A DNA stretch of 64,000 nt, taken from NCBI RefSeq assembly GCF_009834535.1, contig NC_045697.1:120840001-120904000 (forward strand), given 5' to 3'. Shown piece by piece: positions 53,252 through 64,000 of this stretch. The notes under the pieces were generated by a model, which saw nothing but the letters and a program-made list of their open reading frames with translations, searched no databases and was not told the DNA's origin. Source of the stretch: Camelus ferus (taxonomy: Eukaryota). Numbering within the stretch: the stretch's first letter is position 1; every line of letters begins with the position of its first letter. The translations under genes were made by a program, and so were the position numbers.

Positions 53252-56200
53252 ATTATGGAACACGATTTCTGGGTGGGTGGAGGAGTTTTGGGGCCGCCCT
53301 CCACGAACCTGCCTTAGTGTCACATGTGTTCCCTGGCAGGGGGAAGTCCGCTAATTCCTCCCCTGTCCAGGGGAAGTCACTAGATGCTACCTGCATTTCC
53401 AGCCCAACCCTGCATTTTCCCAGCACCCCGCAAAATTTAACCTGGGGAAGACACGCGGAGAGCTCCTAGATATCCCAAGCGCTGCAGACAGAGGACGGAT
53501 CCTCCCAACACTCAGAATTCCGGAACGCAGCCGATTGGGTGGGAAATGTTTGGTCCCGGCGTCCACGCTGCTGCCTGGTCTCACAGGTGTTCCCTGGCAG
53601 GGGGAATTCCGCTAATTACCTCCCCTGTCCAGGCGGAGGCACTACATGCTAGCTGCTTTTCCAGCAAAACCCGCCTTTCCCCGGCAGCTGGCACAAGGAG
53701 ACACTCGGGGAAGACACGCGGACGGCTCCTAGGAGATCCCAGGTGCTGCAGACAGAGGACTGAACCTCCCCACACTCCGAATTCTGGAACACGCCCAAGT
53801 GGTGTGGGAGGTTTGGGGCCACCCTCCACGAACCTGCCTAGTGTCACAGGTGTTCCCTGGCAGGGGGAAGTCCTCTAAAAACCTCCCCTGTCTAGGGGGA
53901 GGCACTACATGCTACCTGTATTTGCAGCCCAATCCCACATTTCCCTTGCAGCCCGCACAAGGAGACACTCGGGGAAGACACGCGGACGGCTCCTAGGAAA
54001 TCCCAGGCTCTGCAGACAGAGGTACGAACATCCCCACAATCAGAATTCTGGAACACGGCCGTTGGTCGGGGAGATTTGGGGCCGCCCTCCACGAACCTTC
54101 CTACTGTCACAGGTGTTCTCCTGCAGGGGTAAGTCCCTCTAATTACCTCCCCTGTCCAGGGGGATGCCCTAGATGCTACTTGCATTTCCAGCCCAACCCC
54201 CGCGTTTCCCCGGCAGCTCGCACAAGGAGATACTCGGGAAGACACGCGGAGAGCTCCTAGGGGATCCCAGGCGCTGAAGACAGAGGTCGGAACATCCCCA
54301 AAGTCAGAAATCTGGAATGCGGCCGTTGGGTCGGGGAGGTCTGGGGCAGCCATCAATGCAGCTGCCTGGTGTCACATGATTTCCCTGGCATGAGGAATTC
54401 CGCTAATACCTCTCCTGTATAGGTTGAGGCACGAGATGCTAACTGCAATTTCCAGCCCAATCCCCGAATTTCCCCTGCAGAGCGCACTAGGAAAAACTCA
54501 GGGAATAGACGCGGAGGGCTCCTAGGAGATCCCTGTCTCTGCAGACAGAGGACAGAACCTCCCCACACTCAGAATTATGGAACACGACTTGTGGGTGGGG
54601 GGAGTGTTTGGGGCCGCCCTCCACGAAACTGCCTAGTGTCACAGGTGTTCCCTGGCAGGGGGAAGTCCGCTAATTACCTCCACTGTCCAGGGGGAGGCAC
54701 TACATTCTACGTGAGTTTCCAGCCCATCCCCGCCTTTCCCCGGCAGCCCGCAAAATGAGACACTCGGGGGAGACACGAAGAGGGTTCCCAGGATGTCCCA
54801 ATCGCTAAAGACAGAGGACGGAACCTCCCCACACTCAGAATTCCGGAACGCGGCCGAGTTTGTGGGAAAGGTTTGGGCCCGCCCTCCACGCAGCTGCCTG
54901 GTGTCACAGGTGTTCCCAGGCAGGGGGGAATTCCTCTAATTACATCCCCGTCCAGGGGGAGGAACTACATGCTACCTGCATTTCCAGCATAAACCCCGCC
55001 TTTCCCCGGCATCCCGCATTATGAGACACTCGGGTAAGACATGCGGAGTGTTCCTAGGAGATACCACGCACTGCAGAGAGAAGACCGAACCTCCCCACAC
55101 TCAGATGTCCGGAACGCGGCGTATTTTGTGCGGGAGGTATGGGTCCTCCATCCACGAAGCTACCTGGTGTCACAGATGTTCCCTTGCAGAGGGAAGTCCG
55201 CTAATTACATCCACTGACCAGGGGGAGACACTAGATTCTAACTGCATTTCCAGTATAACCCCCGCCTTTCCCCGGTAGCCCGCACAAGGAGACACTCGGG
55301 AAGACACGCGGAGGGCTCCTATGAAATCCCAGGCGCTGCAGAAAGAAGACCGAACCTACCCACACTCAGAATTCCGGAACGCGGCCGAGTTGGTGTGGGA
55401 GGTTTGGTGCCGCCCTCCGCGCAACTGTCTGGTGTCACAGGTGTTCCCTGGCTGGGGGAAGTCCTCTAACTACCTCTCCTGTCTAGGGTGAGGCACTAGA
55501 TGCTGCCTGCATTTCCAGCCCAATCCCCGCATTTCCACTGCAGAGCGCACTAGAAGAAACGAGGGGAATAGACGAGGACGGCTCCTAGGAGATCCCAGTC
55601 TCTGCAGACAGAGGACGGAACCTCCCTACACACAGAATTATGGAACACGATTTCTGGGTGGGTGGGAGGAGTTTTGGGGACGCCCTCCACGAACCTGCCT
55701 AGTGTCACATGTGTTCCCTGGCAGGGGGAAGTCCGCTAATTTCCTCCCCTGTCCAGGGGAAGTCACTAGATGCTACCTGCATTTCCAGCCCAACCCCTGC
55801 ATTTTCCCAGCACCCCGCAAAATTATAACCTGGGGAAGACACGCGGAGAGCTCCTAGGATATCCCAAGCGCTGCAGACAGAGGACGGATCCTCCCAACAC
55901 TCAGAATTCCGGAACGCAGCCGATTGGGTGGGAAATGTTTGGTCCCGGCGTCCACGCTGCTGCCTGGTCTCACAGGTGTTCCCTGGCAGGGGGAATTCCG
56001 CTAATTACCTCCCCTGTCCAGGCGGAGGCACTACATGCTAGCTGCTTTTCCAGCACAAAACCCGCCTTTCCCCGGCAGCTGGCACAAGGAGACACTCGGG
56101 GAAGACACGCGGACGGCTCCTAGGAGATCCCAGGTGCTGCAGACAGAGGACTGAACCTCCCCACACTCCGAATTCTGGAACACGCCCAAGTGGTGTGGGA

Positions 56201-58091
56201 GGTTTGGGGCCACCCTCCACGAACCTGCCTAGTGTCACAGGTGTTCCCTGGCAGGGGGAAGTCCTCTAAAAACCTCCCCTGTCTAGGGGGAGGCACTACA
56301 TGCTACCTGTATTTGCAGCCCAATCCCCACATTTCCCTGGCAGCCCGCACAAGGAGACACTCGGGGAAGACACGCGGACGGCTCCTAGGAAATCCCAGGC
56401 TCTGCAGACAGAGGTACGAACATCCCCACAATCAGAATTCTGCAACACGGCCGTTGGGTCGGGGAGATTTGGGGCCGCCCTCCACGAACCTTCCTACTGT
56501 CACAGGTGTTCTCCTGCAGGGGTAAGTCCTCTAATTACCTCCCCTGTCCAGGGGGATGCCCTAGATGCTACTTGCATTTCCAGCCCAACCCCCGCGTTTC
56601 CCCGGCACCTCGCACAAGGAGATACTCGGGGAAGACACGCGGAGAGCTCCTAGGGGATCCCAGGCGCTGAAGACAGAGGTCGGAACATCCCCAAATTCAG
56701 AAATCTGGAATGCGGCCGTTGGGTCGGGGAGGTCTGGGGCAGCCATCAATGCAGCTGCCTGGTGTCACATGATTTCCCTGGCATGAGGAATTCCGCTAAT
56801 ACCTCTCCTGTATAGGTTGAGGCACGAGATGCTAACTGCATTTCCAGCCCAATCCCCGAATTTCCCCTGCAGAGCGCACTAGGAAAAACTCAGGGAATAG
56901 ACGCGGAGGGCTCCTAGGAGATCCCTGTCTCTGCAGACAGAGGACAGAACCTCCCCACACTCAGAAGTATGGAACACGACTTGTGGGTGGGGGGAGTTTT
57001 GGGGCCGCCCTCCACGAAACTGCCTAGTGTCACAGGTGTTCCCTGGCAGGGGGAAGTCCGCTAATTACCTCCACTGTCCAGGGGGAGGCACTACATTCTA
57101 CGTGAGTTTCCAGCCCATCCCCCGCCTTTCCCCGGCAGCCCGCAAATGAGACACTCGGGGGAGACACGAAGAGGGTTCCCAGGATGTCCCAATCGCTAAA
57201 GACAGAGGACGGAACCTCCCCACACTCAGAATTCCGGAACGCGGCCGAGTTTGTGGGAAAGGTTTGGGCCCGCCCTCCACGCAGCTGCCTGGTGTCACAG
57301 GTGTTCCCAGGCAGGGGAATTCCTCTAATTACAATCCCCTGTCCAGGGGGGAGGAACTACATGCTACCTGCATTTCCAGCATAAACCCCGCCTTTCCCCG
57401 GCATCCCGCATTATGAGACACTCGGGTAAGACATGCGGAGTGTTCCTAGGAGATACCACGCACTGCAGAGAGAAGACCGAACCTCCCCACACTCAGATGT
57501 CCGGAACGCGGCGTATTTTGTGCGGGAGGTATGGGTCCTCCATCCACGAAGCTACCTGGTGTCACAGATGTTCCCTTGCAGAGGGAAGTCCGCTAATTAC
57601 ATCCACTGACCAGGGGGAGACACTAGATTCTAACTGCATTTCCAGTATAACCCCCGCCTTTCCCCGGTAGCCCGCACAAGGAGACACTCGGGAAGACACG
57701 CGGAGGGCTCCTATGAAATCCCAGGCGCTGCAGAAAGAAGACCGAACCTACCCACACTCAGAATTCCGGAACGCGGCCGAGTTGGTGTGGGAGGTTTGGT
57801 GCCGCCCTCCGCGCAACTGTCTGGTGTCACAGGTGTTCCCTGGCTGGGGAAGTCCTCTAACTACCTCCCCTGTCCAGGGGGAGGCACTAGATGCTACCTG
57901 CATTTCCAGCCCAACCCCCTCATTTCCCCGGCATCCCGCACTAGGAGACACTAGGGGAAGACACGCGGATTGCTCTTAGGAGATCCCAGGTGCTGCAGAC
58001 AGAGGACAGATAATCCCCACACTCAGAAATCCGGAACAAGTCCGAGTGGGTGGGGGAGTTTTGGGTCCGCTCTCCACGCAGCTGCCTGGTG
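53252..58091 (+). repeat. Sat-B GC-rich satellite (~265-266-bp monomer), two 9-mer HOR copies (~2.39 kb)
   Basis: The anchor TCACAGGTGTTCCCTGGCAGGGGGAA recurs every ~265 bp (55705, 55970, 56235, 56500, 56765, 57030...). HOR starts are at 53320, 55705 and 58092. An identical pseudo-ORF occurs at 55021 and 57413 (offset 2392). Confidence 0.94.
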
Positions 58092-61000
58092 TCACAGGTG
58101 TTCCCTGGCAGTGGGAAGTCCGCTAATTTCCTCCCCTGTCCAGGGGAAGTCACTAGATGCTACCTGCATTTCCAGCCCAACCCCTGCATTTTCCCGGCAC
58201 CCCGCAAAAAGATACACTGGGGAAGACACGCGGAGGGCTCCTAGGAAATCCCAGGGGCTGCAGACAGAGGACGGAACCTCCCAAAACTCAGAATTCTGGA
58301 ACGCAGCCGATTGGGTGGGAAATATTTGGGCCCGGCGTCCACGCAGCTGCCTGGTGTCACAGGTGTTCCCTGGCAGGGGGAATTCCTCTAATTACCTCCC
58401 CTGTCCAGGCGGAGGCACTACATGCTACCTGCTTTTCCAGCACAAAACCCGCATTTCTCCGGCAGTCCGTAAAAGGAGACACTCGGGGAAGACACGCGGA
58501 GTGCTCCTAGGAGATTCCAGGCACTGCAGAGAGAAGACCGAACCTCTCCACACTGAGAAGTCCGGAACTTGGCCGAGTTTGTGGGGGATGTTTGGGGCCG
58601 CCCTCCATGAAGCTACCTGGTGTCAGAGGTGTTCCCTTTCAGGGGGAACTTCGCTAATTGCCTTCCCTGTCCAGGGGGTGGCCCTAGATGCTATCTGCTT
58701 TCCCAGCCCAAAACCCGCCTTTCCCCGGCAGCTCGCACAAGGAGACACTCGGGGAAGACACGCGGAGGGCTCCTAGAATATCCCAGGCGCTGCAGACAGA
58801 GGACTGAACCTCCCCACACTCCGAATTCTGGAACACGCCTCAGTGGTGGGGAAGTTTTGGGGCCGCCCTCCACGAACCTGCCTAGTGTCACAGGTGTTCC
58901 CTGGCAGGGGGAAGTCCGCTAAAAACCTCCCCTGTCTAGGGTGAGGAAGTACATGCTTCCTGTATTTCCAGCCCAATCCCCACATTTTCCTGGCAGCCCG
59001 CACAAGGAGACACTCGGGGAAGACACGCGGAGGGCTCCTAGGATATCCCACGCACTGCAGAGAGAAGACCGAACCTCCCCAACCTCAGATGTCCGGAACA
59101 CGGCATAGTTTGTGCTGGAGGTTTGGGTCCCCCATCCACGAACCTACCTGGTGTCAAAGGTGTTCCATTGCAGAGGGAAGTCCGCTAAATACATCCACTG
59201 TCCAGGGGGAGACACTAGATTCTACCTGCGTTTCCAGTCCAACCCCCGCCTTTCCCTGGCAGCCCACACAAGGAGACACTCGGGGAAGACACACGGAGGG
59301 CTCCTAGGGAATCCCAGGCGCTGCAGACTGAGGTCGGAACATCCCCACAATCAGAATTCTGGAACCCGGCCGTTGGGTCGGGGAGATTTGTGGCCACCCT
59401 CCAAGAACCTGCCTACTGTCACAGGTGTTCTCTGGCAGGGGTAAGTCCGCTAATTACCTCCCCTGTCCAGGGGAATGCCCTAGATGCTACTTGCATTTCC
59501 AGCCTAACCCCCGCCTTTCCCCGGCAGCCCGCACAAGGAGACACTCGGGGAAGACACGCGGAAGGCTCCTAGGAGATCCCAGGCGCTGAAGACAGAGGTC
59601 GGAACATCCCCACATTCAGAATTCTGGAATGCGGCCGTTGGGTCGGGGAGGTCTGGGGCAGCCATCAATGCAGCTGCCTGGTGTCACATGTTTTCCCTGG
59701 CATGAGGAATTCCGCTAATACCTCTCCTGTCTAGGGTGAGGCACTAGATGCTACCTGCATTTCCAGCACAATCCCCGAATTTCCCCTGCAGAGCGCACTA
59801 GGAGAAACTTGGGGAATAGACGTGGATGGCTCCTAGGAGATCCCCGTCTCTGCAGACAGAGGACGGAACCTCCCCACACTCAGAATTACGGAACACGACT
59901 TGTGGGTGGGGGGAGTTTTGGGGCCGCCCTCCACGAACCTGCCTAGTGTGACAGGTGTTCCCTGGCAGGGGGAAGTCCGCTAATTTCCTCCCCTGTCCAG
60001 GGGGAGACAGTAGATTCTACCTGCGTTTCCAGCCCAATCCCCGCATTTCCCCGGAAGCCAGCAAAAGGGGACACTCGGGGGAGACACGCGGAGGGTTCCC
60101 AGGATGTCCCAAGCGCTGCAGACAGAGGACAGAACCTCCCCACACTCAGAATTCCGGAACCCGGCCGAGTTTGTGGGAAAGGTTTTGGCCAGCCCTCCAC
60201 GCAGGTGCCTGGGGTCACAGGTGTTCCCTGGCAGGGGGAATTCCGCTAATTACCTCCCCTGTCCAGAGGGAGGAACTACATGCTACCTGATTTTCCAGCA
60301 CAAACCCCGCCTTTCCCCGGCATCCCGTATTAGGAGACACTCGGTTAAGTCTTGCGGAGTGTTCCTAGGAGATCCCACACGCTGCAGAGAGAAGACCGAA
60401 CCTCCCCACACTCAGATGTCCGGAACGCGGCGGAGTTTGTGCGGGAGGGTTGGGTCCTCCATCCACGAAGCTACCTGGTGTCACAAGTGTTCCCTGGCAG
60501 AGGGAAGTCCGCTAATTTCATCCACTGTCCAGGGGGAGACACTAGATTCTACCTGCGTTTCCAGTCCAACCCCCGCCTTTCCCCGGTAGCACGCACAAGG
60601 AGACACTCGGGAAGACACGCGGAGGGCTCCTATGAGATCCCAGGCGCTGCAGAATGAAGACCGAACCTACCCACACTCAGAAATCCGGAACCCGGCCGAG
60701 TTGGTGGGGGAGGTTTTGTGCCGCCCTCCTCGCAACTGTCTGGTGTCACATGTGTTCCCTGGCTGGGGGAAGTCCTCTAACAACCTCCCCTGTTCAGGGG
60801 GAGGCACTAGATGCTACCTGCATTTCCAGCCGAACCCCCGCCTTTCCCCGGCATCCCGCACTAGGAGACACTAGGGGAAGACACGCGGATTGCTCTTAGG
60901 AGATCCCAGGTGCTGCAGACAGAGGACAGATAATCCCCACACTCAGAAATCCGGAACATGTCCGAGTGGTTGGGGGAGGTTTTGGGCTGCTCTCCACGCA

Positions 61001-64000
61001 GCTGCCTGGTGTCACATGTGTTCCCTGGCAGTTGGAATTCCGCTAATTTCCTCCCCTGTCCAGGGGAAGTCACTAGATGCTACCTGCATTTCCAGCCCAA
61101 CCCCTGCATTTTCCCGGCACCCCATAAAAGGATACACTGGGGAAGACACGCGGAGTGCTCCTAGGAGATCCCAGGCGCTGCAGACCGAGGACGGAACCTC
61201 CCAACACTCAGAATTCCGGAACGCAGCCGATTGGGTGGGAAATGTTTGGGCCCGGCGTCCACGCAGCTGCCTGGTCTCACAGTTGTTCCCTGGCAGGGGG
61301 AATTTCGCTAATTACCTCCCCTGACCAGGCGGAGGCACTACATGCTACCTGTTTTCCAGCACAAAACCAGCCTTTCTCCGGCAGTCCGTAAAAGGAGACA
61401 CTCAGGGAAGACACGCGGAGTGCTCCTAGGAGATCCCAGGCACTGCAGAGAGAAGACCGAACCTTTCCACACTGAGAAGTCCGGAACTTGGCCGAGTATG
61501 TGGGGGAGGTTTGGGGCCGCCCTCCATGAAGCTACCTGGTGTCACAGGTGTTCCCTTTCAGGGGGAACTCCGCTAATTTCCTTCCCTGTCCAGGGGGAGG
61601 CCCTAGATTCTACCTGCTTTTCCAGCTCAAAACCCGCCATTCCCGGGCAGCTCGCACAAGGAGACACTCGGGGAAAACACTCGGAGGGCTCCTAGGAGAT
61701 CCCAGGCGCTGCAGACAGAGGACTGTACCTCCCCACACTCAGAATTCTGGAACACGCCCAAGTGGTGGGGGAGGTTTGGGGACCCCCCACGAACCTGCCT
61801 AGTGTCACAGGTGTTCCTTGGCAGGGGGAAGTCCGCTGAAAACCTCCCCTCTCTAGGGGGAGGCACTACATGCTACCTGTATTTCCAGCCCATTCCCCAC
61901 ATTTCCCTGGCAGCCCGCACAAGGAGACACTCGGGGAAGACACGCGGAGGGCTCCTAGGAGATCCAACGCACTGCAGAGGAAAGACCGAACCTCCCCACA
62001 CTCACATGTCCAGAACGCGGCGTAGTTTGTGCAGGAGGTTTGGGTCCTCCATCCACGAAGCTACCTGGTGTCACAGGTGTTCCATGGCAGAGGGAAGTCC
62101 GCTAAATACATCCAATGTCAAGGGGGAGACACTAGATTCTACCTGCGTTTCCTGTCCAACCCCCGCCTTTCCCTGGCAGCCCGCACAAGGAGACACTCGG
62201 GAAAGACACGCGGAGGGCTCCTAGGAAATCCCAGGCGCTGCAGACAGAGGTCGGAACATCCCCACAATCAGAATTCTGGAATCCGGCCGTTGGGTCGGGG
62301 AGATTTGGGGCCGCCCTCCACGAACCTGCCTACTGTCACAGGTGTTCTCTGTCAGGGGTAAGTCCGCTATTTACCTCCCCTCTCAAGGTGGATGCACTAG
62401 ATGCTACCTGCATTTCCAGCATAACCCCAGCCTTTCCCCGGCAGCCCGCACAAGGATACACTCGGGGAAGGCACGCGGAAGGCTCCTAGTAGATCCCAGG
62501 CGCTGAAGACAGAATTCGGAACATCCCCACAGTCAGAATTCAGGAATGCGGCCGTTGGGTCGGGGAAGTCTGGGGCAGCCATCAATGCAGCTGTCTGGTG
62601 TCACATGTTTTAACTGGCATGAGGAATTCCACTAATACCTCTCCTGTCTAGGGTGAGGCACTAGATGCTACCTGCATTTCCATCCCATTCCCCACATTTC
62701 CCCTGCAGAGCGCACTAGGAGAAACTCGGGGAATAGACACGGAGGGCTCCTAGGTGTTCCAAGGCTCTGCAGACAGAGGACGGAACCTCCCCACACTCAG
62801 AATTACAGAACACGACTTGTGGGTGGGGGGAGTTTTGGGGCCGCCCTCCACGAACCTGCCTAGTGTCACAGGTGTTCCCTGGCAGGGGGAAGTCCGCTAA
62901 TTACCTCCACTGTCCTGGGGGAGGCACTAGATTCTACCTGCCTTTCCAGCCCAATCCCCGCCTTTCCCCGGCAGCCCGCACAAGGAGACACTCGGGGGAG
63001 ACACGCAGAGGGTTCCCAGGATGTCCCAAGCGCTGCAGACCGAGGACGGAACCTCCCAACACTCAGAATTCCGGAACGCGGCCGAGTTTGTGGGAAAGGT
63101 TTGGGCCAGCCCTCCACGCAGCTGCCTGGGGTCACAGGTGTTCCCTGGTAGGGGGAATTCCGCTAATTACCTCCCCTGTCCAGGGGGAGGAACTACATGC
63201 TACCTGCTTTTCCAGCACAAACCCCGCCTTTCCCCGGTATCCCGCATTAGGAGACACTCGGGTAAGACATGCGGAGTTTTCCTAGGAGATCCCACGCGCT
63301 GCAGAGGGAAGACTGAACCTCCCCACACTCAGATGTCCGGAATGCGGCGGAGTTTGTGCGGGAGGTTTGGGTCCTCCATCCACGAAGCTACCTGGTGTCA
63401 CAGGTGTTCCCTGGCAGAGGGAAGTCCGCTATTTACATCCACGGTCCAGGGGGAGACACTAGATTCTACCTGGGTTTCCAGTCCAACCCCCTCCTTTAAC
63501 AGGTATCCCGCACAAAGAGACACTCGGGAAGACACGCGGAGGGCTCCTATGAGATCCCAGGCGCTGCAGAAAGAAGACCGAACCTACCCACACTCAGAAT
63601 TCCGGAACGCGGCCGAGTTGGTGGGGGAGGTTTGATGCCGACCTCCGCGCAACTGTCTGGTGTCACAGGTGTTCCCTGGCAGCGGGAAGTCCTCTAACTA
63701 CCTCCCCTGTCCAGGAGGAGGCACTAGATGCTACCTGCATTTCCAGCCCACCCCCCTCATTTCCCCGGCATCCTGCACTAGGAGACACTAGCGGAAGACA
63801 CGCGGATTGCTGTTTGGAGGTCCCAGGTGCTCCAGACAGAGGACAGATAATCCCCACACTCAGAAATCCGGAAAAGTCCGAGTGGGTGGGGGAGGTTTGG
63901 GGCCGCACTCCACGAACCTGCCTAGTGTCACAGGTGTTCCCTGGCAGGGTAAAGTCCGCTAAATACCTCCCCTGTCTAGGGGGAGGCAGTACATTCTAAC
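58092..64000 (+). repeat. Sat-B GC-rich satellite, two 11-mer HOR copies (~2.92 kb), running off the window end
   Basis: HOR boundaries at 58092, 61012 and 63928 (2920 and 2916 bp = 11 monomers). Homologous pseudo-ORFs are offset by 2917-2920 (57970/60890, 59112/62029, 60104/63021). Confidence 0.94.

Noticed and set aside
53040..53420. Homology between Sat-A (reverse strand) and Sat-B via GCTACATGCAT/GCTACCTGCAT and GAACTTTCATCC/GAACCTCCCC
   Set aside because: Only short word matches, and not collinear (about 60 bp apart in Sat-A versus about 116 bp in Sat-B).
53143..63999. Longer ORFs in Sat-B (268 aa at 57970, 204 aa at 63021)
   Set aside because: Stop-poor GC-rich repeat. The monomer length is not a multiple of 3, so the same peptides rotate through frames, and the frames are not preserved between HOR copies.
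1..64000. Assignment to a named satellite family or species
   Set aside because: Not 171-bp alphoid and not a sequence I reliably recognise; I saw no telomeric, rDNA or transposon landmarks. A database search is required.

Overview
The window is entirely non-coding tandem satellite DNA from a eukaryotic assembly. It consists of four contigs joined by three gaps of exactly 100 N. I find no supportable genes, RNA genes, transposons or CRISPR arrays; the ORF track is an artefact of translating repeats. Positions 1-53151 hold an AT-rich satellite (Sat-A, ~247-bp monomer, hand-built consensus ~39% GC) organised as alpha-satellite-like higher-order repeats (HORs). Contig 1 (1-12647) alternates 11-mer and 9-mer units, giving a ~4.93-kb 20-mer. 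Contig 2 (12748-38056) uses a different monomer set in units of 26, 21, 20 and 11 monomers. Contig 3 (38157-53151) is the contig-2 HOR family in reverse orientation (20-mer, 17-mer, 7-mer, plus ~6 monomers mostly not seen elsewhere). Positions 53252-64000 hold an apparently unrelated GC-rich satellite (Sat-B, ~265-266-bp monomer, consensus ~64% GC), itself arranged as two 9-mers followed by two 11-mers. Both monomers are rich in short palindromes, and I found no canonical CENP-B box. A (peri)centromeric or heterochromatic origin is an inference. Every change of HOR family, orientation and satellite family falls inside a gap, so adjacency and orientation are unproven. I cannot name the species or the satellite families. 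The best leads are the HOR architecture, the dyad-rich monomers, a tRNA-like landmark pattern in Sat-A and a CTCF-like motif in Sat-B. All alignments were done by eye, and monomer labels are my own.
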